17,062 nucleotides of DNA, taken from Armatimonadia bacterium. GTDB lineage: Bacteria > Armatimonadota > Zipacnadia > Zipacnadales > UBA11051. Positions within the stretch are counted from its first letter, which is position 1; every line of letters begins with the position of its first letter. The notes under the pieces were generated by a model. It did no database searches and had not been told where the DNA came from. It was given only the letters and a program-made list of their open reading frames with translations. The stretch covers positions 1 through 17,062 of the forward strand of contig JBDKRC010000082.1 of NCBI GenBank assembly GCA_039683575.1, in the 5' to 3' direction. Position numbers and translations under genes: made by a program. Below, piece by piece: positions 1 through 7,085 of this stretch.

Positions 1-2
1 CT

Positions 3-70
3 GGTGTCGTCCTTTCTGGAGACCGAATTTGTTGGCGCAAACTCAGTTCTCGCTAAGAAAGGGCGACACC
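3..70. repeat. Long imperfect palindrome (hairpin/MITE-like element)
   Basis: GGTGTCGTCCTTTCT (3-17) pairs with AGAAAGGGCGACACC (56-70): 15 bp with one G.U. The inner arms GAGACCGAATTTG (19-31) and CAAACTCAGTTCTC (38-51) also pair imperfectly. Confidence 0.75.
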
Positions 71-133
71 TATCCCCACCACCACAAAATCCCACCTACT
101 TCCGAAGGTCACACCCGCATGGTAGCCTGCCCG

Positions 134-162
134 TAGACAAACCAGCCTGACTGTGGCATACT
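134..162 (+). promoter_or_regulatory. Putative sigma70 promoter of the E1 gene
   Basis: TAGACA (134-139), a 17-nt spacer, then CATACT (157-162). An extended -10 TG sits at 154-155. Confidence 0.55.
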
Positions 163-283
163 AATACCAACTTGATCTATAACCCGGCGTGCGAGCCCCC
201 TGGTCCGTGCGGCTTTTTTTGTGCCTTCTGACCTTCGGCCACCCCCCCGGTAATGCCGTCTCATTGCAAGGAGTCCTCTCTCG

Positions 284-2569
284 ATGCCCAAAGATACCGA
301 TGTCTACCCCGATTTTCAGCCCGGTCAGATTACCTTCCAGCCCATCCCCATGTTCCAGTTCAGCGGCGATCTGAACTCCGAGCTTAAGGCCGGCCTGTCC
401 CGCGAGGATGCCTTCAAGCTCCTCGACCACATGCTGCACATCCGCTTCTTCGAAGAGATGATCATCAAGCTCAAGAACAAGAAGTTCAAGCCCCTGGCGG
501 ACTACAAGTTCATCGGCGCGACTCACCTCTCCATCGGCCAGGAAGCCATTGCCGTCGGCACCATGTCGGCCATCAACGCCCAGGACTACATCACCTCGAC
601 CCATCGCGGCCACGGCCACTCCATCGCCAAGGGCGCTTTCACGCTCGAGAAGCGCGATGTGAAGGAACTCGCCGAGTTCATCGGCGAGGACGCCTCCCAG
701 TATGACATGTCCGACCGCAAGGGCGTGCTCGACTGCGCGATGCAGGAACACCTCAACCGCACCATGGCCGAGCTTTTCGGCAAGGAAGAGGGCTACTGCC
801 GCGGGCGCGGCGGCGGCATGCATATCGCTGACTTCCACGCCGGCCACCTCGGTGCCAACGCCATCGTCGGCGGCTCGTATGCCATGGCCACCGGCGCCGC
901 CATGGCCGCCTCCAAGCTCGGGGACGGCAAGATCTGCGTCTGCCTCGTCGGTGACGGCGCGACCAACAACGGCATCGCTCACGAAGCCATGAACTTCGCA
1001 GCCATGGATCAGTTCAAAGAAGGCTGCCCGGTCATTTTCCTCGTCGAAAACAACAACTACGGCATGACCGGACAGCAGAAGGGCGAAGTGACGGGCGTTG
1101 ACCACCTCGCCCAGCGCGGCGCCGGCTACAACGAGTGCAACATGCATGCCGAGGTCGTCAACGGCATGAGCGTGCTCGCCGTCCGCGACGCCATCACCCG
1201 CGCTGCCAAGCTCTGCCGCGAAGGCAAGGGCCCGGTCCTGCTCGAATGCATGACCTACCGCTACATGGGCCACTCCCTCTCCGACGACCGCACCACCTAC
1301 CGCACCAAGGACGAGGAAAAGGCCTGGCAGGACATTGACCCGATCGAGACCTACCAGCAGGCGCTGCTGGACTCCGGGGTCGCCACTCCCGACCTGATCG
1401 AGATCCACCGCAAGCTCGCCCACGAGCGCGTGGAGCGCGCGACGCTCTTTGCCGCCAACGGCACCGATCCCGATCCCGCCACCATCTACGACGGCCTCTT
1501 CGCCGAGACCACGTCTGACAACCTTGACCCCAAGTGGGCGACGCCGCAGTCCGAGCTGCTGGCCGAGTACAAGCCCCAGCGGCGCGACTCCAACGGCTGC
1601 ATCCTCGCCCGCCACGCCGTGATCGAGGCCCTCATCGAGGAAATGATGCGCGACAAGCGCGTCATCCTCTACGGTGAGGATGTCGCGGACTACGGTGGCG
1701 CTTTCCAGGCCACACGCGGCATCTTCGACATCTTCGGCCGCGACCGGTGCTTCAACGCCCCGATCTCAGAGTCGGCCATCATCGGCACGGCAGTCGGCGC
1801 CTCCATGACCGGCCTGCGCCCCGTGGCCGAGCTCATGTACATCGACTTCATTCTCATGACCATGGACCAGACTGGCAACCAGGCTGCCAAGAACCGCTAC
1901 ATGTTCGGCGGCAAGGCCAAGCTCCCGATGGTCATTCGCACCACCATCGGCGGCGGGAAGGGCTATGCCGGACAGCACAGCCAGAGCCTCGAAGCCGTGG
2001 CAACCATGTTCCCCGGCCTGAAGGTAGTCGCCCCGGCGACCGCCTACGACCTCAAGGGCTTGCTCAAGGCCGCGATCCGCGATGACAACCCCGTGGTCTT
2101 CATCGAGCATCAGAACCTCTACATGGTCAAGGACCCCGTGCCCGCCGAGGACTACACGATCCCGCTGGGCAAGGGCAACATCGTCAAGGAAGGCAGCGAC
2201 GTCACCGTCGTCGTCTATAGCTGGCTCCTCCAGCGCGTCCTCGAAGCCGCCGCCAGGGCCGAGGAAGAGGGCATCTCGGTCGAGATCGTGGACCCGCGGA
2301 CGCTCGTCCCGCTCGACACCGACCTGATCAACGCCTCGGTCAGCAAGACCGGCCGGCTGCTGTGCGTCAACCAGGCGCCAGAGATCGGCTGCTATGCCGA
2401 GCATATCGCCTACCAGGCCCAGCTCAACTGCTTCAAGGACCTCAAGGCCCCGGTCAAGATCGTGGCCGCCCACAACGTCCCGCCGCCCATGGCCGAAACG
2501 CTCGAAAACGAGTTCCTGCCCAGCGTTGACAAGATCTACAACAACATCAAGGCACTGGCGGGCAAGTAG
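284..2569 (+). CDS. Fused E1 alpha/beta subunit of a TPP-dependent 2-oxoacid/acetoin dehydrogenase (PdhAB/AcoAB-like)
   Basis: 761 aa. Alpha motifs: HLSIGQEA, THRGHGH, GRGGGMH, the GDGA...ENN TPP-binding motif, YRYMGHS. Beta motifs: YGEDV, PISESAIIG, VAELMYIDF, QHSQS, DPRTLVPLD. RBS AAGGAG upstream, strongly C-ending codons. Confidence 0.95.
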   Translation: MPKDTDVYPDFQPGQITFQPIPMFQFSGDLNSELKAGLSREDAFKLLDHMLHIRFFEEMIIKLKNKKFKPLADYKFIGATHLSIGQEAIAVGTMSAINAQDYITSTHRGHGHSIAKGAFTLEKRDVKELAEFIGEDASQYDMSDRKGVLDCAMQEHLNRTMAELFGKEEGYCRGRGGGMHIADFHAGHLGANAIVGGSYAMATGAAMAASKLGDGKICVCLVGDGATNNGIAHEAMNFAAMDQFKEGCPVIFLVENNNYGMTGQQKGEVTGVDHLAQRGAGYNECNMHAEVVNGMSVLAVRDAITRAAKLCREGKGPVLLECMTYRYMGHSLSDDRTTYRTKDEEKAWQDIDPIETYQQALLDSGVATPDLIEIHRKLAHERVERATLFAANGTDPDPATIYDGLFAETTSDNLDPKWATPQSELLAEYKPQRRDSNGCILARHAVIEALIEEMMRDKRVILYGEDVADYGGAFQATRGIFDIFGRDRCFNAPISESAIIGTAVGASMTGLRPVAELMYIDFILMTMDQTGNQAAKNRYMFGGKAKLPMVIRTTIGGGKGYAGQHSQSLEAVATMFPGLKVVAPATAYDLKGLLKAAIRDDNPVVFIEHQNLYMVKDPVPAEDYTIPLGKGNIVKEGSDVTVVVYSWLLQRVLEAAARAEEEGISVEIVDPRTLVPLDTDLINASVSKTGRLLCVNQAPEIGCYAEHIAYQAQLNCFKDLKAPVKIVAAHNVPPPMAETLENEFLPSVDKIYNNIKALAGK

Positions 2570-2577
2570 CCACCGGG

Positions 2578-2628
2578 ACGCGTGAGAGGCATGCTCCGCC
2601 TGCCGGAACACGGGAGTGTTCACCACGC
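2578..2628. repeat. Degenerate inverted pair of REP-like elements (family B)
   Basis: 2578-2607 ACGCGTGAGAGGCATGCTCCGCCTGCCGGA is 27/30 identical to 6917-6946. The reverse complement of 2604-2628 reads GCGTGGTGAACACTCCCGTGTTCCG, with the same GCGTGGT head, an internal hairpin and a CCG tail. Confidence 0.7.
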
Positions 2629-2646
2629 CCCCCCAATGAAACACTC

Positions 2647-2684
2647 ACACGGCCTGCAGGCAACCTATGTCTGCAGGCCGTGTT
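2647..2684 (+). terminator. Strong hairpin after the E1 gene (probable terminator/stabiliser)
   Basis: ACACGGCCTGCAGGCA (2647-2662) pairs with TGTCTGCAGGCCGTGT (2668-2683): 16-bp stem with one G.U and a 5-nt loop. The U-tail is weak. Confidence 0.6.
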
Positions 2685-2740
2685 GCTACTGGTGCGCGTC
2701 CGCCTAACCTGAACCTACCCTAACATCTGGGGGTCAACAC

Positions 2741-3604
2741 ATGAGACGCTACCTGCTCACTGTCGTCGCTATACTGGCCGCCGCGTGCGCATACCCGGCT
2801 GATGACCACATCGAGTTCGCTACCTGGAACCTCGAATGGTTCAACAGCAAGTCACGCGGCTTTCCTGAGAACACCCGTGGCGGCCCCACCTACGGTCCAC
2901 GGGACGGCGATGCCCTCGCCGCAACCGCCAGTATCGTCAAGAAGCATGGTCTCGATTGCGTCGGCTTGCAGGAGATCGAGAGCAAGGGCGACCTGCAATG
3001 CTTGCTGGCCTGCCTGCCAGGCTTCTGCGGAGCGCTCCTGGAAGACACCGCCCAGCAGCATTGCGCTCTGCTGTGGGACCCCGAGCAGTGCAGCGTTACG
3101 ATACGCCCGGGACTGAGCTCCCTTGCCCTCACGAGTGGCTTGCGACAGGGCCTTCATGCCTCGGTCAAAGCCGGGCAGTTCGACTTCGATGTCATGGTAG
3201 TGCATCTGGCCAATGCCGACGGCCAGGTGGAGCAGCAGGTCTCTTTGCTGCAGGGCTGGCTGCGCAACGGCGGGCCCACGGATGAAGACGTCGTGATCGC
3301 CGGTGACTTCAACCTCACGCCCCGGGAGAAGCCGCTTAAGGCCCTCCTCGCTGACAGCCTGCTGCGTTGGTGCTTTGCCGGTCTCACAGAGCTAACGCCG
3401 ACCCGCCCGCCATGGCCCGGAGGCGGCCAGTATGGCAAAACGATTGACCACATCTTCATGACCGCCCGCTGCTATGACAACGAGCGCTGGGGCGACGCGT
3501 GGGTGCCGCGCGAAGACCTCGCCTTCGGCGGCCGCTATCGCGAGCTTGTGTCGGACCACCTCCCGGTGATCCAGTCCTTCCACACGGACTCTGATGATGA
3601 CTGA
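2741..3604 (+). CDS. Secreted endonuclease/exonuclease/phosphatase (EEP, DNase I-like) family protein
   Basis: N-terminal signal peptide (MRRYLLTVVAILAAACA). EEP motifs FATWNL, GLQEI, VVHL, IAGDFN, TIDHIF and SDHLPV are all present. RBS GGGGGT. Confidence 0.9.
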   Translation: MRRYLLTVVAILAAACAYPADDHIEFATWNLEWFNSKSRGFPENTRGGPTYGPRDGDALAATASIVKKHGLDCVGLQEIESKGDLQCLLACLPGFCGALLEDTAQQHCALLWDPEQCSVTIRPGLSSLALTSGLRQGLHASVKAGQFDFDVMVVHLANADGQVEQQVSLLQGWLRNGGPTDEDVVIAGDFNLTPREKPLKALLADSLLRWCFAGLTELTPTRPPWPGGGQYGKTIDHIFMTARCYDNERWGDAWVPREDLAFGGRYRELVSDHLPVIQSFHTDSDDD

Positions 3605-4562
3605 ACCACCGCCGCGAACTGAGGAGCACTTCGGCCCCGTCTCGGGGACTTGGCGCACGCGCACCATTGCCTTCGGCGTCGCGTTGGTCCTCATCGTGTT
3701 CCTCGAAGCCCTCCAGCATACCGTGCTGATGTCGCTTTCCTACACGTCATACCACCTCATCACCGGGCTCGTGCAGGCCGCCATCATCGTGTCTCTGATC
3801 TTCGTTTACCTCCGCTGGCGTCGCCACGCCGAGCGCGCCCAGCACGCCTTTGAGCACCTTCGCGAGGCTGAAAGCCTGCGTGACGACATGTCCGCCATGC
3901 TCATCCACGACCTCAAAAACCCCCTGATCTCAGCGAGCATGGCCCTGCAGAACGTGGTCCGCCGCCAGCATGCCATACGGTGCATGGATGAGGACGAACT
4001 GGAACTGCTGGACATGGCCCGGCAATCCCAGTTGCGGCTGCTGGGGATGATCGGCGACCTGCTGGACATCGCCCGCGCCGAGGAAGGCAAGCTGCAACTC
4101 TCGACCGAGCCGGTCGACCTGTGCGAGATCGCCAAACGGGCCATCGACGAAGCGCGCGGCCTCGCCGAACGCGCCAACCTGTCGCTGTCCATTGACTGCC
4201 CAAACGAGGCGGTACCACTCACCGGCGACCGGCAGAAGCTGCGCCGCGTGGCCGACAACCTCCTGACCAACGCCATCAAGTTCACCCCCTCCGGCGGCAG
4301 CATCTGGGTGCGCGTCTGGCAGGAGGATTCCCATGCCCACCTGCAAGTGCGGGACACCGGGCCCGGCATTCCCGCCGAGATGCACGAAGCGGTCTTCGAC
4401 AAGTTCACCCAGGCCCGCAGCGGCATCCGCTACTCGGTAGGCCTTGGCCTGACCTTCTCCAAGTACGCTGCCGAGGCCCACGGGGGCACGATCAAACTCC
4501 AGAGCGCCCCCGGCCAGGGCAGCACATTCACGGTGAAGCTGCCGCAGTCACCTGCCAACTAG
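3594..4562 (+). CDS. Membrane sensor histidine kinase (2 TM, HisKA + HATPase_c)
   Basis: Two N-terminal hydrophobic helices. H-box IHDLKNPL, N-box NLLTNAIKFT, G1 DTGPGI, F-box VFDKF, G2 VGLGL, HGG. The start (ATG 3594 or 3597) overlaps the EEP stop. Confidence 0.93.
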   Translation: MMTEPPPRTEEHFGPVSGTWRTRTIAFGVALVLIVFLEALQHTVLMSLSYTSYHLITGLVQAAIIVSLIFVYLRWRRHAERAQHAFEHLREAESLRDDMSAMLIHDLKNPLISASMALQNVVRRQHAIRCMDEDELELLDMARQSQLRLLGMIGDLLDIARAEEGKLQLSTEPVDLCEIAKRAIDEARGLAERANLSLSIDCPNEAVPLTGDRQKLRRVADNLLTNAIKFTPSGGSIWVRVWQEDSHAHLQVRDTGPGIPAEMHEAVFDKFTQARSGIRYSVGLGLTFSKYAAEAHGGTIKLQSAPGQGSTFTVKLPQSPAN

Positions 4563-4662
4563 CAGCTGTCAGCCCTCCCCGAGAGTCAGTCTCCATATAA
4601 GCAGGTACGCAAGTCAGCGATTTCGGCCAAAAATCTCCTCACCCAAGCCAGCAACCAATCTC

Positions 4663-4744
4663 GCCCCCCGCCCCCCGCCCCCCGTTCCCCCGCCCCCCGT
4701 TCCCCCGTTCCCCCGTTCCCCCGTTCCCCCGTTTTCTGTTTTCT
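4663..4744. repeat. Short tandem repeat array of 7-8 nt C-rich units
   Basis: GCCCCCC x3, GTTCCCCC, GCCCCCC, GTTCCCCC x4, then GTTTTCT x2. This gives nine runs of 5-6 C. Confidence 0.9.
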
Positions 4745-4766
4745 GTTTCCGCCGTTAGTTTCCCCG

Positions 4767-4793
4767 CAACTTTTCCCCTCCTGCCTCCTCTAA
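4767..4793 (+). promoter_or_regulatory. Putative ECF (sigmaE-type) promoter of the aminotransferase
   Basis: CAACTT (4767-4772), 16 nt, then TCTAA (4789-4793), resembling the GAACTT-N16-TCTRA consensus. A 7-bp hairpin ACGCCGC-GCGT-GCGGCGT (4801-4818) follows. Confidence 0.45.
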
Positions 4794-4846
4794 CACCCTA
4801 ACGCCGCGCGTGCGGCGTATTGCTTTGTGTCTGCAGGTGCCACCCC

Positions 4847-5944
4847 GTGCTCATTCCCCAGATCGATCTCAAGACCCAATACCAGGAACTGCGCCTCGAG
4901 ATCAATGGCGCAATCTCCTCGGCCATTGACAGCATGCAGCTATTCCTCGGGCCCAACGTCCAGAAGCTCGAAGCTGACTTCGCCGAGTTCTGCGGCGCCA
5001 CTTACGCCATCGGCGTGGCCAATGGCACCGAGGCCCTGGCGCTGTCCCTGCGCGCCCTCGACATCGGCCGCGGCGACGAGGTCATCTGCCCCTCGTGGAG
5101 CTTCATCGCCACCATCGAGTCCATCATCCACGTCGGCGCCACGCCCGTACTGGTGGACATCGACCCCCAGACGTTCTGCATGGACCCCAAGCGTCTCGCG
5201 CACACCATCAACTCTCGCACCCGCGCGGTCATCCCCGTACACATCTACGGCCACCCGTGCAACATGGACGTCATCCGCGACCTCTGCGAGAGCCGCCGCC
5301 TCAACATCATCGAAGACGCCTGCCAGGCCCACGGCGCCCGCTGGCGGGGCAAGCGCGTCGGCTCCTTCGGCGATGCCGCCGCGTTCAGCTTCTACATGAC
5401 CAAGAACCTCGCCGGCTATGGCGACGGCGGAATGGTTACCACCAACAGCGATGAGGTCAACGCCCGCGTCCGCGCCCTGCGCGACCACGGCCAGGCCCAG
5501 CGCGGCACTTTCAGCGAGATCGGCTACAACTCCCGCCTCGATGAAATCCAGGCAGCCATCCTCAACGTGAAGCTCAAGCGGCTGAACAAGTGGAACGAGG
5601 CGCGCCGCCGGCATGCGGACTTCTATAACGAGAAGCTCGCCAACACCGGTCTCGGCCTGCCCTTCGAGGCCCCCGAGGCCGAGCACGTCTACCACCTCTA
5701 CACCCTCCGCAGCCCCCGGCGGGACCGCATCGCCGAGGCGCTCCAGAAGGCCGAGATCGGCTTCGCGACCCACTACAAGGTCCCGCCACACACTCACCCG
5801 GCGTGCGAGCCCTTCGGCCTCAACCAGGTACCCCTCCCCGAGACCATGAAGGCCGCCGACGAGGTCATCCAGTTGCCGATGTATCCGGAGCTGACCGAGG
5901 GACAGATGGAGAGGGTAGTAGAAGCAGTGAAGTCGGCGCTCTAG
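4847..5944 (+). CDS. DegT/DnrJ/EryC1/StrS family PLP-dependent nucleotide-sugar aminotransferase
   Basis: Motifs VANGTEAL, PVHIYG, IEDACQAHGA, FSFYMTKNLAGYGDGG (PLP lysine) and GYNSRLDEIQAAIL. I prefer the in-frame GTG at 4847, preceded by AGGTG, over the ORF-track TTG at 4820. Confidence 0.95.
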   Translation: MLIPQIDLKTQYQELRLEINGAISSAIDSMQLFLGPNVQKLEADFAEFCGATYAIGVANGTEALALSLRALDIGRGDEVICPSWSFIATIESIIHVGATPVLVDIDPQTFCMDPKRLAHTINSRTRAVIPVHIYGHPCNMDVIRDLCESRRLNIIEDACQAHGARWRGKRVGSFGDAAAFSFYMTKNLAGYGDGGMVTTNSDEVNARVRALRDHGQAQRGTFSEIGYNSRLDEIQAAILNVKLKRLNKWNEARRRHADFYNEKLANTGLGLPFEAPEAEHVYHLYTLRSPRRDRIAEALQKAEIGFATHYKVPPHTHPACEPFGLNQVPLPETMKAADEVIQLPMYPELTEGQMERVVEAVKSAL

Positions 5945-5970
5945 CAAGTTGGCCCCCCGCCATTGCTGCC

Positions 5971-6055
5971 TGTAGGAGCGCTCACCAGAGCGCGATATCA
6001 CCGACCAACCGTCGTGGTAACCGCGACAAATCGCGCTCTGGTGAGCGCTCCTACA
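5971..6055. repeat. REPIN: inverted pair of GTAG-type REP elements (family A)
   Basis: TGTAGGAGCGCTCACCAGAGCGCGAT (5971-5996) and its exact reverse complement (6030-6055). Each copy has GTAG followed by the GCGCTC-ACCA-GAGCGC hairpin. It lies between convergent genes. Confidence 0.9.
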
Positions 6056-6082
6056 AACAGCCTTGGTTGTGAGGACGAAGCC

Positions 6083-6847
6083 CTACCTCAACTTCGCCAA
6101 AGCCTCCCGCGCCCCCCGCAGCATGTGCCCCGCCTCATCGCTTACACCGACGAATCGGAACCCCTCGTCCAGCCGCTGCCGCCCAATCTCAGCCGTTCCC
6201 GCATAGATCCCCGGCGCGACGCCATGAGCCTCCGCCCGCTCGCGGATGTGCGCCACCGTCTCGATGAAACGCGGGTCGCTATGCGACTCGAACGGGCTTA
6301 TGCCCATCGAAGCGCTCAGGTCGTTCGGCCCGATGAAGGCCACATCCACGCCCGGCACGCTCAGAATGTCATCCAGCGCCTCGACCGCCTCCACCTGCTC
6401 GATCTGCACCACAATCAGTATCTCATCATTGGCGGTCTCAAAGTAAGTCCGGGCGTCTGTCTCAAACCCCAGCACGGCCAGCGTCGGCCCATAGCCGCGA
6501 ATGCCCTGCGGCGGGTACATTGCCCACTCCACCGACTGCTCCACCATCGCCCGGCTGCTTTGCATTGGGAAGATCAGCCCATAGGCCCCGCTGTCCAGCG
6601 CCTTTTTCACGTTCTCCGCGTTGCTCCACGGCACCCGCATCAGCGGCACCGCCCCCGCCTGAGCAATCATCTGGCACATCACCGCAGCGGTCTGGAGGTC
6701 GATGCTGCTGTGTTCGAGATCGATGTTGAGCCAGTCAAACCCGACGCCGGCCATCTGCAGCGCCGCCACAGGGTCAGGGAGCGTCAGCCACGAGCCCACA
6801 GTCGCCTTCCCCTCGCGCAGCGCCTGCTTCACAGTATTAACTCGCAC
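6083..6847 (-). CDS. HpcH/HpaI (GarL/RhmA-like) class II pyruvate aldolase family protein
   Basis: 254 aa. Motifs GFDWLNIDLEH, MRVP, ALDSGA, YPPQGIRG, VQIE and FIGPNDLSASMG. GTG start with RBS AAGGAG. Confidence 0.93.
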   Translation of the reverse strand: MRVNTVKQALREGKATVGSWLTLPDPVAALQMAGVGFDWLNIDLEHSSIDLQTAAVMCQMIAQAGAVPLMRVPWSNAENVKKALDSGAYGLIFPMQSSRAMVEQSVEWAMYPPQGIRGYGPTLAVLGFETDARTYFETANDEILIVVQIEQVEAVEALDDILSVPGVDVAFIGPNDLSASMGISPFESHSDPRFIETVAHIRERAEAHGVAPGIYAGTAEIGRQRLDEGFRFVGVSDEAGHMLRGAREALAKLR

Positions 6848-6871
6848 GTGCGGTCTCCTTTGCTGTCATCA

Positions 6872-6946
6872 CGTGGTAGGCATGCTATCTGCCTCGCGTG
6901 GTAGGCATGCCATTGAACGCGTGGTAGGCATGCTCCGCATGCCGGA
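6872..6946 (+). repeat. Three tandem GTAG REP-like heads (family B), the last one complete
   Basis: CGTGGTAGGCATGC at 6872-6885, 6897-6910 and 6920-6933. The third copy continues as the GGCATGC-TCC-GCATGCC hairpin. Confidence 0.85.
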
Positions 6947-6950
6947 CCCA

Positions 6951-6979
6951 CTGACTGATCCCACGAAAGGTGCTACAAT
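6951..6979 (+). promoter_or_regulatory. Putative sigma70 promoter of the methyltransferase
   Basis: CTGACT (6951-6956), 17 nt, then TACAAT (6974-6979), with an extended -10 TG at 6971-6972. Confidence 0.5.
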
Positions 6980-7085
6980 CCTTCCCGCAGAGCCTCCGCC
7001 ACACCTGCCTCCGCCGCCACAGGCGGCCTTCAGGCAAGCCGCTGTCATTCTATAGGGCTGCAAACGGTTCTCACAGGAGACAGCC

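Noticed and set aside
161..2644. Long antisense ORFs (161-1615, 1766-2644) opposite the E1 gene
   Set aside because: They are shadow frames caused by high-GC codon bias, with no recognisable motifs.
4820..4846. ORF-track TTG start of the aminotransferase
   Set aside because: It has no RBS and gives an odd Cys-rich extension. GTG 4847 has an RBS and gives the family-typical N-terminus (MLIPQIDL).
5963..6904. 313-aa + strand ORF
   Set aside because: It is antisense to a clear HpcH aldolase, runs through the REPIN and has an Arg/His/Pro-rich shadow composition.
6872..6946. Possible mini-CRISPR array
   Set aside because: The repeats are only 14 nt with 9-11 nt spacers, and there are no cas genes. 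A REP origin fits better.
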